Shown: piece by piece, positions 45,630 through 54,076 of the stretch
Layout of the letters: each line of letters starts with the position of its first letter
Numbering within the stretch: the stretch's first letter is position 1
Assembly: GCA_024763075.1 (NCBI GenBank)
Contig: JANTGF010000002.1
Coordinates: 7,831-71,830 of the forward strand
Source of the DNA: Bacteroidales bacterium
GTDB taxonomy: Bacteria > Bacteroidota > Bacteroidia > Bacteroidales > VadinHA17
DNA: 64,000 nucleotides
Direction of reading: 5' to 3'
Notes under the pieces: model-generated
The model's database searches: none
The model's input: the letters and a program-made list of their open reading frames with translations, nothing else
What the model was told of the DNA's origin: nothing
Made by a program: the position numbers and the translations under genes

Positions 45630-46124
45630 ATGAGTAGTATATCAAAATCAATAAGTTATTCCAAAGGGCAGCTTTCGATGCTGGTTACTTTGAGGGTATT
45701 AATAGGCTGGCATTTTCTATACGAAGGATTTACAAAACTTGCAAATCCGGACTGGTCTTCCATCGGTTTCTTACTGGATTCAAAGGGCCCGTTTGCAGGT
45801 CTTTTCCAGGGACTGGCCAATAGCCCGGGTATGCTGAATACAGTGGACTTTCTGAATGTTTACGGTTTAATAGCCATCGGATTAGGCTTGATTCTGGGCG
45901 CTTTAACCAGACCGGCCATCATTGCAGGAATTGTGCTTTTGGTCTTTTATTATTTATCCCACCCTCCTTTTGTGGGGATTACTTATGCAGCACCTACTGA
46001 AGGTAAGTATCTGTGGGTAAACAAAAATCTGATTGAAATGATTGCCCTGGCGGTATTGTATGTATTTCCAACAGGAAGGATCATTGGGCTGGACCGATTG
46101 TTTTTTGGAAGTACGGAGAATTAA
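45630..46124 (+). CDS. DoxX-family integral membrane protein
   Basis: Four hydrophobic segments. N-terminal LRVLIGWHFLYEGFTKL is typical of DoxX. It lies 19 nt after the M14 gene and 30 nt before the Tat-signal oxidoreductase. Confidence 0.72.
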   Translation: MSSISKSISYSKGQLSMLVTLRVLIGWHFLYEGFTKLANPDWSSIGFLLDSKGPFAGLFQGLANSPGMLNTVDFLNVYGLIAIGLGLILGALTRPAIIAGIVLLVFYYLSHPPFVGITYAAPTEGKYLWVNKNLIEMIALAVLYVFPTGRIIGLDRLFFGSTEN

Positions 46125-46154
46125 ATTTTCTATATTTTAAAAGTAGAATAAAAG

Positions 46155-47729
46155 ATGACAATGGAAAGTGATAAAAATGAATTAAACAAACCCGGGAAAT
46201 CCCGTCGTGATATAATAAAAAGCCTTGCAACTGTACCGGTGCTTGGGGCTTTTGCCTATGGTTATTATAAGAAAAAGAAGTTTGACAGGAATATAAATGC
46301 CGCTATTCTGGATGACCTTGGAATGGACCAGGGAGCTCCCAAACATGCAGTTTCTGCTTCTTCTGGTGGAAAAAAGATAAGGATAGGGATCATTGGTTAT
46401 GGTATCAGGGGTACACAGCTGATGAAAGGAGCCGGTTTTGTCCATCCCGACTGGATTGATTCCATCCGGAGAGCGCATGAAAAAAATCCGGCAGACAAAC
46501 GCTATCCCGAATATCTGGAACAGGAAGATCTGAATATCGAGGTAAATGGTGTTTGTGATATTTTTGATATCCGGGCGGAAAGAGCATTGGATGCAGCAGG
46601 AAATGTGGGAAGGAAAGGCACGGAAGCCGGACGGGAACATAAGGCAAAGCGTTATTTAACTTATAAGGAATTATTGGCTGCACCCGATATTGATGCGGTG
46701 ATCATCGCAGCCCCCGATCACTGGCACGGACCGATAACCATTGAGGCTGCAAGGAACGGTAAGCATGTTTATTGTGAAAAGCCTATGACCTGGACGGTTG
46801 AAGAAACCTATGTGGTAAGGGAAGAAGTTAAAAAGAACAACATTGTATTTCAGTTGGGCCACCAGGGACGTCAGACGGAGAGTTATTTTAAGGCAAGAGA
46901 GGCCATTCAAAAGAATCTTCTTGGGGATATTTCATTAATTGAAGTTACTACAAACAGAAATACCCCCAATGGTGCCTGGGTTTATCCTATCCATCCGGAT
47001 GCCAGCCCTGAAAATATAGACTGGAAACAATTTATCGGACAGGCACCATGGCATGATTTTAGTCTGGAAAGATTTTTCAGGTGGAGGTGCTGGTGGGATT
47101 ACAGTACCGGGCTCTCAGGAGACCTGTTGACACATGAATACGATGCTATGAATCAGATACTTGACCTGGGAATTCCCAGATATGCCTCTTCCTCAGGTGG
47201 AATCTATTATTTTAAGGACGGACGAACCGTACCTGATGTTTTGCAAACCGTATTTGAGTTTCCGGATAAAGACCTGAGTATGTTGTACAGCGCCTCACTG
47301 GCCAGCAGTAAGAAAAGAGGGAAGGTGATCATGGGGCATGATGCAAACATGGAACTGGGTCAGAGTCTTACCATTATGGCCGATAGGAACTCTACCAGGT
47401 ATGCAGAGAAAATAAAAGATAAAGTGATAGATCTTTCCCGGCCGATTTACTCTTACATTCCGGGTCGTAAAAACGTGGATGCCGTCTCCTCTGCCACTGA
47501 GCAGTATTTTGCAGGCAGGGGGTTACTCTATACATACAGAAACGGACGCAGGGTAGATACTACTCATTTGCATATTAAGGAGTGGTTGGAGGCTATCCGG
47601 TCCGGAGGAAAAACAAGTTGTAACATCGACAGGGGATTTGAAGAAGCAATCACAGCCCATATGGGAACAATTGCTTATCGTGAAGGAAGGAGAACAGAAT
47701 GGGATGCTGATAATGAAAAAATAATATAA
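46155..47729 (+). CDS. Tat-exported Gfo/Idh/MocA-family oxidoreductase (glycoside 3-dehydrogenase-like)
   Basis: Twin-arginine motif SRRDIIKSLATVPVLGAFA. Rossmann segment IRIGIIGYGIRG. DAVIIAAPDHWH and YCEKPM blocks. Confidence 0.85.
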   Translation: MTMESDKNELNKPGKSRRDIIKSLATVPVLGAFAYGYYKKKKFDRNINAAILDDLGMDQGAPKHAVSASSGGKKIRIGIIGYGIRGTQLMKGAGFVHPDWIDSIRRAHEKNPADKRYPEYLEQEDLNIEVNGVCDIFDIRAERALDAAGNVGRKGTEAGREHKAKRYLTYKELLAAPDIDAVIIAAPDHWHGPITIEAARNGKHVYCEKPMTWTVEETYVVREEVKKNNIVFQLGHQGRQTESYFKAREAIQKNLLGDISLIEVTTNRNTPNGAWVYPIHPDASPENIDWKQFIGQAPWHDFSLERFFRWRCWWDYSTGLSGDLLTHEYDAMNQILDLGIPRYASSSGGIYYFKDGRTVPDVLQTVFEFPDKDLSMLYSASLASSKKRGKVIMGHDANMELGQSLTIMADRNSTRYAEKIKDKVIDLSRPIYSYIPGRKNVDAVSSATEQYFAGRGLLYTYRNGRRVDTTHLHIKEWLEAIRSGGKTSCNIDRGFEEAITAHMGTIAYREGRRTEWDADNEKII

Positions 47730-47857
47730 TTCTGAATATTGGTTTTTAATCTTTTCAGTTCGTTTTTTAAAATTGATTTAAAATAACTAAATTTATTTTC
47801 TTATTTTATTCCGGCTATAGCATTAAATGATTTATTTCTAAACTTAAACTTTCAACC

Positions 47858-48700
47858 ATGTCATCAAGAAGAAATTTTATCAAAAAAACTTCTCTGTTAA
47901 CAGCAGGGAGTATGGTCCTTCCTTTAAGCTCATTTAAACCGGCAAAAAGTGCCCCCTATGGTTTGATCCTTTATACCGTCAGAAATGAAATGGATAAGGA
48001 TGTAATGGGTACCCTTGAAAAAGTGGCTTCAGTTGGCTATGAAGCCCTGGAAGCTGCTAATTACTCAAATGGCCTTTTTTACGGAATGAAACCAGCAGCA
48101 TTTAGAAAAGCAGTGGAGTCTTTTGGGATGAAACTTCTGAGCAGTCATAATGGTGTGACTGAAGAAAATCTTGAACGAACTGCCGGAGATGCGGCGGAAG
48201 CCGGTTTGAAATATGTGGTAAAACCGTCGTTTCATGCAAAAACCATTGATGATTTTAAAAGAGGAGCGGAGAGCTTTAATAAATTTGGAGAGAGATTTAA
48301 CAGAGAAGGAATCCGGTTTGGATATCACAATCATTCATTTGAATTTGAGAAAATTGATGATGTCATTCCTTACGATGTTTTGCTTGAAAATACAGATCCT
48401 TCACTGGTTTGCATGGAGCTGGATTTGTACTGGATCAAAAAGGGAGGCTTTGAACCCTGGGAATATTTTGAGAAGTTCCCGGGCAGGTTTGAACTCTGGC
48501 ATGTGAAAGACATGAAGGAAAAAGGGAAACAGGAATTTACGGAAGTAGGGAACGGAATCATCGATTTTAAAAAGATCTTTTTCCTGAAAAACCTTGCCGG
48601 GATGAAAAATTATTTTGTTGAAGAGGATACCTGTAAAGATTATCCGCCACTGGAGAGTATAAAGATAAGCCTGGATTACATTAAAAAAATGGGTTTTTAA
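47858..48700 (+). CDS. Tat-exported xylose-isomerase-like TIM-barrel (sugar phosphate isomerase/epimerase family) protein
   Basis: Twin-arginine motif MSSRRNFIKKTSLLTAGS. AP_endonuc_2-type blocks: GYEALE, FGYHNHSFEF, MELDLYW, WHVKD. Confidence 0.85.
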   Translation: MSSRRNFIKKTSLLTAGSMVLPLSSFKPAKSAPYGLILYTVRNEMDKDVMGTLEKVASVGYEALEAANYSNGLFYGMKPAAFRKAVESFGMKLLSSHNGVTEENLERTAGDAAEAGLKYVVKPSFHAKTIDDFKRGAESFNKFGERFNREGIRFGYHNHSFEFEKIDDVIPYDVLLENTDPSLVCMELDLYWIKKGGFEPWEYFEKFPGRFELWHVKDMKEKGKQEFTEVGNGIIDFKKIFFLKNLAGMKNYFVEEDTCKDYPPLESIKISLDYIKKMGF

Positions 48701-48823
48701 TCCGCCTTATTCATGCTATATGCTTTAATAAAGTCGGAATTCTCAGATCCATGTCTGCCCCGGCATGCTGCAACATTGTAATAGGGCGAACTATTCCCGG
48801 CCTCACCTCATTTGGCGCTGCTA

Positions 48824-48849
48824 CATCGAGGGGGCATGCCCCCTCGATG
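48824..48849. repeat. Perfect 26-nt GC-rich palindrome CATCGAGGGGGCATGCCCCCTCGATG
   Basis: 11-bp arms around a self-complementary CATG centre, in an intergenic GC-rich patch. Confidence 0.85.
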
Positions 48850-48880
48850 AGTGGACCATCACCGGATTCATCACCTTCTT

Positions 48881-48906
48881 CATCAAGGGGGCATGCCCCC
48901 TTGATG
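48881..48906. repeat. Perfect 26-nt GC-rich palindrome CATCAAGGGGGCATGCCCCCTTGATG
   Basis: Same element as 48824..48849, with a G:C to A:T change present on both arms (compensatory). Confidence 0.85.
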
Positions 48907-48994
48907 AATTGAGGAATACCCCGGAGTGGTTTAGCTCTTGATTTGCATTAAAATCATAGTGGTAATAATAATTTGAATTAAAGTACCAATAATC

Positions 48995-49699
48995 ATGGAA
49001 TTGAATATGAAGAGAATTGTTTGTAATAGTGAGGTAATAAATAAAAGTGAATATATAAAAGGAAGCCTGATTCGTGAATCCATTTTTGAGTTAATTAAAA
49101 GTCACAACCCTGATTTTACTGAAAATTGCTATATCCTTAAAGATGAGGTGACTAAATACAGGGAAATGCATCTGAAAAGACTTATTAAGCAGGAGAGAGG
49201 TAGTTTTGATAAATTGGACACCGAGGTTATAAGTGCGATATCAAATAAGGATGTAATTTCGGATAATATTGAAAGTGACCTGGAAAAGGGTTTTTCCTTT
49301 GGACAAAGAGTGGCAGATAAGGTGGCCGAGTTTGGAGGAAGCTGGTATTTTATATTTTCTTTTGCAATTTTTCTTTTTCTATGGATGGCTGTAAATGTCT
49401 GGATATTGGTATCTAAACCATTTGACCCATATCCTTTTATTCTCCTGAATCTGATTCTTTCCACACTTGCAGCCATTCAGGCTCCAATCATTATGATGAG
49501 TCAAAACCGGCAGGAAGATAAAGACAGAAAAAGGGGAGAAAATGACTACAAAATCAACTTGAAAGCAGAATTGGAAATTAAACTGCTGCATGAAAAAATT
49601 GATCATTTGATACTTTCGCAAAATAAGCGACAAATGGAAACTCAGGAATTACAAATTGATTATCTTGAGGAGATTATTGAAAAATTGAATAAAAAATAA
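48995..49699 (+). CDS. DUF1003-family membrane protein
   Basis: FGQRVADKVAEFGGSWYFIFSF, two TM segments, PYPFILLNLILSTLAAIQAPIIMMSQNRQ and a coiled C-terminus. Confidence 0.72.
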   Translation: MELNMKRIVCNSEVINKSEYIKGSLIRESIFELIKSHNPDFTENCYILKDEVTKYREMHLKRLIKQERGSFDKLDTEVISAISNKDVISDNIESDLEKGFSFGQRVADKVAEFGGSWYFIFSFAIFLFLWMAVNVWILVSKPFDPYPFILLNLILSTLAAIQAPIIMMSQNRQEDKDRKRGENDYKINLKAELEIKLLHEKIDHLILSQNKRQMETQELQIDYLEEIIEKLNKK

Positions 49700-49705
49700 T
49701 TTGAA

Positions 49706-50551
49706 ATGAACGACAGCCGGCATTTCCTGGAACAAATATTAAACTACAGGATTTTTGATTTTGGAGAGTATGAATTAACAGTAAACAAGTTAATAACTAT
49801 TTTAATAATTATTCTGGTAACCAGAGTGTTGTTATGGTTAGTTAAGAAAACATTGAATAATGCACGAAGATTTAAAACGATTGAAAAAGGAAATCTTTAT
49901 TCTTTGATACAAATAATCAGTTACACGGTCTGGGTAATTGCGATAATTATTATTCTTGATACCTTAGGTTTGAAAATTACCGTATTATTGACCGGATCTG
50001 CTGCTCTCCTTGTGGGTGTTGGTCTTGGGTTGCAGCAGACCTTTAATGATTTTATTTCGGGAATAATTTTATTGCTTGAGGGCAAAACAAAAGTTGGTGA
50101 TGTGCTGGAAGTGGACGGGGATGTTTTGATGCTTAAAAAAATAGGGTTGAGAACATCAGAAGGAATAAACCGCGATGATATTGCAGTAATCATTCCAAAT
50201 TCAAAGATTATTAATGACAAAGTGATTAACTGGAGCCATCAATCAAGGAAAACACGCTTCAGGATTAATGTTGGGGTAGCTTATGGTAGTGATGTTGATC
50301 TTGTTGTAAAAATTCTTGAGGAAAGTGCACTGGAACATCCTGCCATATCTGATAAGGAGTCAATAGAAGCTAGATTTACAGATTTTGGGAATTCATCGTT
50401 GAATTTTCAGCTTCTTTTTTTTAGCCGGAACATTTTTAGAATTGAAAAGGTGAAAAGCGATATCCGGAAAATCATTAATCGCAAATTTAATGAAACGGGA
50501 ATTACTATTCCTTTTCCTCAAATGGATGTTTATTTGAAATCAGATAAATAA
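49706..50551 (+). CDS. MscS-family mechanosensitive channel
   Basis: Three TM segments followed by GSAALLVGVGLGLQQTFNDFISGIILLLEGKTKVGDVLEVDG and a beta-domain. Confidence 0.85.
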   Translation: MNDSRHFLEQILNYRIFDFGEYELTVNKLITILIIILVTRVLLWLVKKTLNNARRFKTIEKGNLYSLIQIISYTVWVIAIIIILDTLGLKITVLLTGSAALLVGVGLGLQQTFNDFISGIILLLEGKTKVGDVLEVDGDVLMLKKIGLRTSEGINRDDIAVIIPNSKIINDKVINWSHQSRKTRFRINVGVAYGSDVDLVVKILEESALEHPAISDKESIEARFTDFGNSSLNFQLLFFSRNIFRIEKVKSDIRKIINRKFNETGITIPFPQMDVYLKSDK

Positions 50552-50667
50552 AAGTAAAAGCGAAAATAGAAAAAAAGAACTACACTTTTCCTTCAGATTT
50601 AATTTCTGATATTAAAAACAGACTGAAAACATTAAGCGGTCAGATAAACGGGATTGTAAAAATGTGA
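50548..50667 (+). pseudogene. N-terminal fragment of a CsoR/RcnR-family metal-sensing repressor gene
   Basis: Open frame KVKAKIEKKNYTFPSDLISDIKNRLKTLSGQINGIVKM-stop matches the CsoR N-terminal helix pattern (..RLKRIEGQ..GI..M). There is no ATG start, and the frame ends where the metal-binding region should begin. Confidence 0.5.
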
Positions 50668-50912
50668 GAGCCTGTGGTACGAATAATTGTCCGGTAGGTA
50701 TTGCAACCCAAAAAGTTAATCTTAGAAACAGGCTGATCATAGAGTCTTCTGCCAGGTACCTGCATATTTTTTTTACAGCGTCAAATGCATTGATTAAAGT
50801 TATTGCCCGGTCATGTGGATATGATAATATTCAAGAATTCAACATCAGTGACTTATCCACTTTTAATTATGACATCCACAGGATGACTTGGATTAAGTAT
50901 GCAGGAGTTTAG
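50664..50912 (+). pseudogene. C-terminal fragment of a glutamate-synthase-related FMN-domain (GltB-like) gene
   Basis: ACGTNNCPVGIATQKVNLRNRL is the conserved C-terminal block of ~500-aa GltS-FMN family proteins. Only 82 codons are present, with a GTG start abutting the CsoR fragment stop. Confidence 0.6.
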
Positions 50913-51072
50913 TGATTGCAGCCCATTCATAACTTCATGAAATCTTCTGTCATTAGCCGGCAATTTGAAGGTGATCCGAATCATTCATTAGGTACCATTT
51001 ATTTCTTAATACACAATTTCATAATTGAAAGGAGTGGATTCTGACCGAAAAAATGTATTTTAGTGGAAATAA

Positions 51073-51195
51073 TTTGGACAGAATGGAAATTTTCGGAACT
51101 TATATGAGTTTATTTTAGAAACCGATCAAATGATTTATCAACTCTACGATTTGAAAAAAGAGGAAATTGCCATTGTAGATAATTCAATCAGATAA
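51073..51195 (+). pseudogene. C-terminal fragment of a restriction-modification methyltransferase/type IIG enzyme gene
   Basis: The 40-codon frame ends ...LYEFILETDQMIYQLYDLKKEEIAIVDNSIR-stop. This is the characteristic ..D.(L/M)(V/I)Y.LY.L..EEI.IV(E/D) tail of such enzymes. An in-frame stop lies immediately upstream. Confidence 0.5.
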
Positions 51196-51198
51196 TAC

Positions 51199-52587
51199 AT
51201 GAGAAGACGTAAATTCATCCAAACCACAGGTAGCTTTGCTGTACTCGTTAGTGGTACGGGAATGGTCGCCTGCCAAAATATCTTTAAAGATAAAAGTGAA
51301 AGGGAACTGAAAACCTGGTCTGTTGCTGCTTTTAAGCGCTTTGCTGAGATTTGGAATTTTAATGATTTCTGGAAAAGAGGTAATACCTTTGATGCCTGCC
51401 TTACTTTTGTAGATGCTATACATCATCAGTGGCCGGACGACCCGGAAATCAAAGCCATGCAAACAAGTGTGGTGAAGATGCTGGAGGAGAATCTTATTTT
51501 TTTCAATCAGTTTGACCCTGGTGATCTGTGGGCTGATGATTTTGGATGGTGGGGCCTGATGGCGCTTAATGCAAGGAGACATCTGCTACGGATGGGAGAA
51601 TCAGAACTCGCGGATAAATACCTCCGGCTTTCTACGGATCTGTGCTGGGAATATAAAAAGAATACTGCCTATGACAATACTCCGGATGCAAAACCCGTTC
51701 CCCACGGATGCAGAAACGGTGATGCCAAAGGAGTCAGTAAAGGGGTGAAGAATACCGTTACCAATGTTTTGCTGTTTTTGCTTTCTTCCAGGATTTACCG
51801 ATTGACACTGGCAGAAAATATTAAGGATAATGAAAAGTATCTGGATATGGCATACCGGCAATGGATCTGGTTTAATAGCTGGTTTGAACTTGAAAAATAT
51901 GAATATCTGAAAAAAATACCAACTTCCGGGGCATTGGTGCAGGAACGCCCTATGGCTGTATTTGAAGGTTCTGATTATATGGATAAAACTCATCCTCCGT
52001 GGGCAGAGGGCTGGGTATGGACAGGTGATCAGGGAATGCTGCTGGCAGCACTTACCGATATGCTGGCAGTGCGGAAGGAGCTGACCGAATGGATGGGCAA
52101 AAACGACATGGACCCGGATTTTGATCCTGTAGTTTTTGAAAAGAAAATTCACCGGTATATTTCCCTGATTGTCAATGGAATCAAAACTGCATTGGTCAGT
52201 GATACAGATGGTATTATCAGAGAAGCTCCCTGCAAGTCAGGTTTCGGACCAAGGCATGGTAATGATTATCTGGCAGGCCGGGGCATCATGATGCGCTATC
52301 TTGGCGTTTTGGAAGCAAAATCTTTACCCGGACCGGATATGCGTGAGCATATAAAAGCCACAGCTGAAGCAATCTGGGAAACGAGGGATGTGCTAAATAA
52401 TCAGTTTCAACCTGAGTTTACCACAATGGAAAATGATAAATTGTATATTGAGCAGTTCAGGAAACTCTGGGGTCTTGCAGATGATGTTGTGAAGTGGGAT
52501 ATTTCAAAAATGAAAGAGCAGAATAAATTCGGGGTTTGTCAGTCCATTGGGCTGGATGCACTAGGGGCGGCGATCAGGTTACTTTAG
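51199..52587 (+). CDS. Tat-signal (alpha/alpha)6 glycoside-hydrolase-like protein, GH76-like
   Basis: [25 protein letters not shown] (twin-arginine plus possible lipobox). GH76-style blocks: [57 protein letters not shown]. Confidence 0.6.
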   Translation: MRRRKFIQTTGSFAVLVSGTGMVACQNIFKDKSERELKTWSVAAFKRFAEIWNFNDFWKRGNTFDACLTFVDAIHHQWPDDPEIKAMQTSVVKMLEENLIFFNQFDPGDLWADDFGWWGLMALNARRHLLRMGESELADKYLRLSTDLCWEYKKNTAYDNTPDAKPVPHGCRNGDAKGVSKGVKNTVTNVLLFLLSSRIYRLTLAENIKDNEKYLDMAYRQWIWFNSWFELEKYEYLKKIPTSGALVQERPMAVFEGSDYMDKTHPPWAEGWVWTGDQGMLLAALTDMLAVRKELTEWMGKNDMDPDFDPVVFEKKIHRYISLIVNGIKTALVSDTDGIIREAPCKSGFGPRHGNDYLAGRGIMMRYLGVLEAKSLPGPDMREHIKATAEAIWETRDVLNNQFQPEFTTMENDKLYIEQFRKLWGLADDVVKWDISKMKEQNKFGVCQSIGLDALGAAIRLL

Positions 52588-52783
52588 GTTCTTATTTCTA
52601 ATATTTGTGTATTATTTGGAAAGGAATTACAAAATACAAATGATAAAAAATAAATAAATTCCGATGGGAAAATTCAAAGCAGATTTCGTACTTATTATTT
52701 TAAAAAGCCTTTTTTACATAATATAAAATTACTACAAATTTGCAGATAATATTTATTATCTCTATTTTTATACATTCTAAATT

Positions 52784-52818
52784 ACAGTGTTTTACAGATT
52801 GTTTTAACACTGTTTTTT
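52784..52818 (+). terminator. Orphan terminator-like hairpin
   Basis: ACAGTGTT (52784..52791) / AACACTGT (52806..52813) with a 14-nt loop, followed by T-run 52813..52818. It lies ~200 nt after the nearest upstream stop and ~34 nt before the next start. Confidence 0.45.
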
Positions 52819-52851
52819 AGCTAAACTTTAACCTGAATGTTCAATATTGTC

Positions 52852-53868
52852 ATGAAGAAAATTACCCTGATACTTACACTTTTGCTTGCCACTGTAGTAA
52901 TTTATGCTCAACCCGATTCCCTGATATTCAAGTCCGGAACGTATATGGTAGGGGAGGTGAAAACCATGGACCGCGGTGTTGTTACGGTAGAAACGCCTTA
53001 TAGTGACAGTGATTTTAAAATTGAGTGGGATGGTATAAGTGAAATCTATACTAAGACCTACTTTCTGATAACATTGAGTAATGGAAGCCGGTACAATGGT
53101 ACACTTGGAATGTCGGAACCAGAAAGAATTATCATTTACACTGATGATGGAAAACAAATAGAAACTATTTTTGAGGATATTGTATTTCTTGACGATAGGG
53201 ATAAGGGATTTTGGAGTCAGTTGTATTTTTCTTTTGATGTTGGCCTGGATTTGACCAAAGCCAATAATTTCAGGCAGTTTTCAGTGCGAAGTAACCTGGG
53301 CTACACAGCAAAGCGATGGAATTTGGATGGAACTTATAACACCTTGTACTCATCACAAAATGAAACCGAAGATATCAACAGGTCAGATGGAGGTTTTAGT
53401 TATAAATATTTTCTTCCAAAAGACTGGTATCCGCTTGTATCTATTGATTTTCTGTCCAGTTCAGAGCAACAGTTACAACTGAGAACCACGGGAAAACTGG
53501 GTATGGGGAAGTATGTAATTCACACCAATCGTACCTATTGGGGATTTTCCGGAGGTGCGAACTATAACAATGAAAATTTCTTGGATGATACACCGGATAG
53601 ACAAAGTTGGGAAGGTTTTTTTGGGACAGAATTGAACTTGTTTGATATTGGAGATTTAAACTTATTTACTAAACTCCTGGCATATCCAAGCTTCACTGAA
53701 TCAGGAAGATGGCGTGCTGATTTTAGTTTTGATGCCAGGTATGAGATGCCTTTTGATGATGATTTCTATCTTAAACTTGGTTTAACTTTTAACTATGATA
53801 ATCGTCCGGTTGAAGGTGCTACTGATATAGATTATGTAATCCATACCGGCTTTGGCTGGTCCTGGTAA
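52852..53868 (+). CDS. DUF481-like outer-membrane beta-barrel protein
   Basis: Start taken at MKKITLILTLLLATVVIYAQ. N-terminal DSLIFKSGTYMVGEVKTMDRGVVTVETPYSD..FKIEWDGISEI is DUF481-style. Alternating beta-strand pattern, ending in aromatic ...GFGWSW. Confidence 0.68.
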   Translation: MKKITLILTLLLATVVIYAQPDSLIFKSGTYMVGEVKTMDRGVVTVETPYSDSDFKIEWDGISEIYTKTYFLITLSNGSRYNGTLGMSEPERIIIYTDDGKQIETIFEDIVFLDDRDKGFWSQLYFSFDVGLDLTKANNFRQFSVRSNLGYTAKRWNLDGTYNTLYSSQNETEDINRSDGGFSYKYFLPKDWYPLVSIDFLSSSEQQLQLRTTGKLGMGKYVIHTNRTYWGFSGGANYNNENFLDDTPDRQSWEGFFGTELNLFDIGDLNLFTKLLAYPSFTESGRWRADFSFDARYEMPFDDDFYLKLGLTFNYDNRPVEGATDIDYVIHTGFGWSW

Positions 53869-54076
53869 TTACCCAGACACCTAAAAAACAAATAAATACA
53901 CGCTGATTTCTGTCTGATTCATGAGGGTGAATAATGCTGAAAGAAGTATTACTTTTGTTCTTGTAACAGATCATATTTAACCAGTCATTTCGAACCTTAG
54001 GTACGCCGGTGAGAAATCTGTTATAATTCCAGGATTTCTCAGTCATACTTCCCTGCCTGATGGCCAATAAGCAAGC

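Noticed and set aside
48751-48912. 53-codon ORF (MSAPACCNIVIGR...SRGHAPSM...SRGHAPLMN) spanning both 26-nt palindromes
   Set aside because: Its peptide repeat is just the translation of the palindromes. There is no upstream promoter-like box or RBS context and the composition is odd. It is more likely non-coding.
50664-50912. 82-aa ORF as a functional small gene
   Set aside because: It corresponds only to the extreme C-terminus of a ~500-aa glutamate-synthase-related family. It starts at a GTG that overlaps the stop of another fragment. It is treated as a remnant.
51601-52152. 183-aa ORF on the minus strand (and the similar 152-aa ORF at 46182..46640)
   Set aside because: Both are antisense to well-supported genes (the GH76-like protein and the Tat oxidoreductase). 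Neither shows family signatures.
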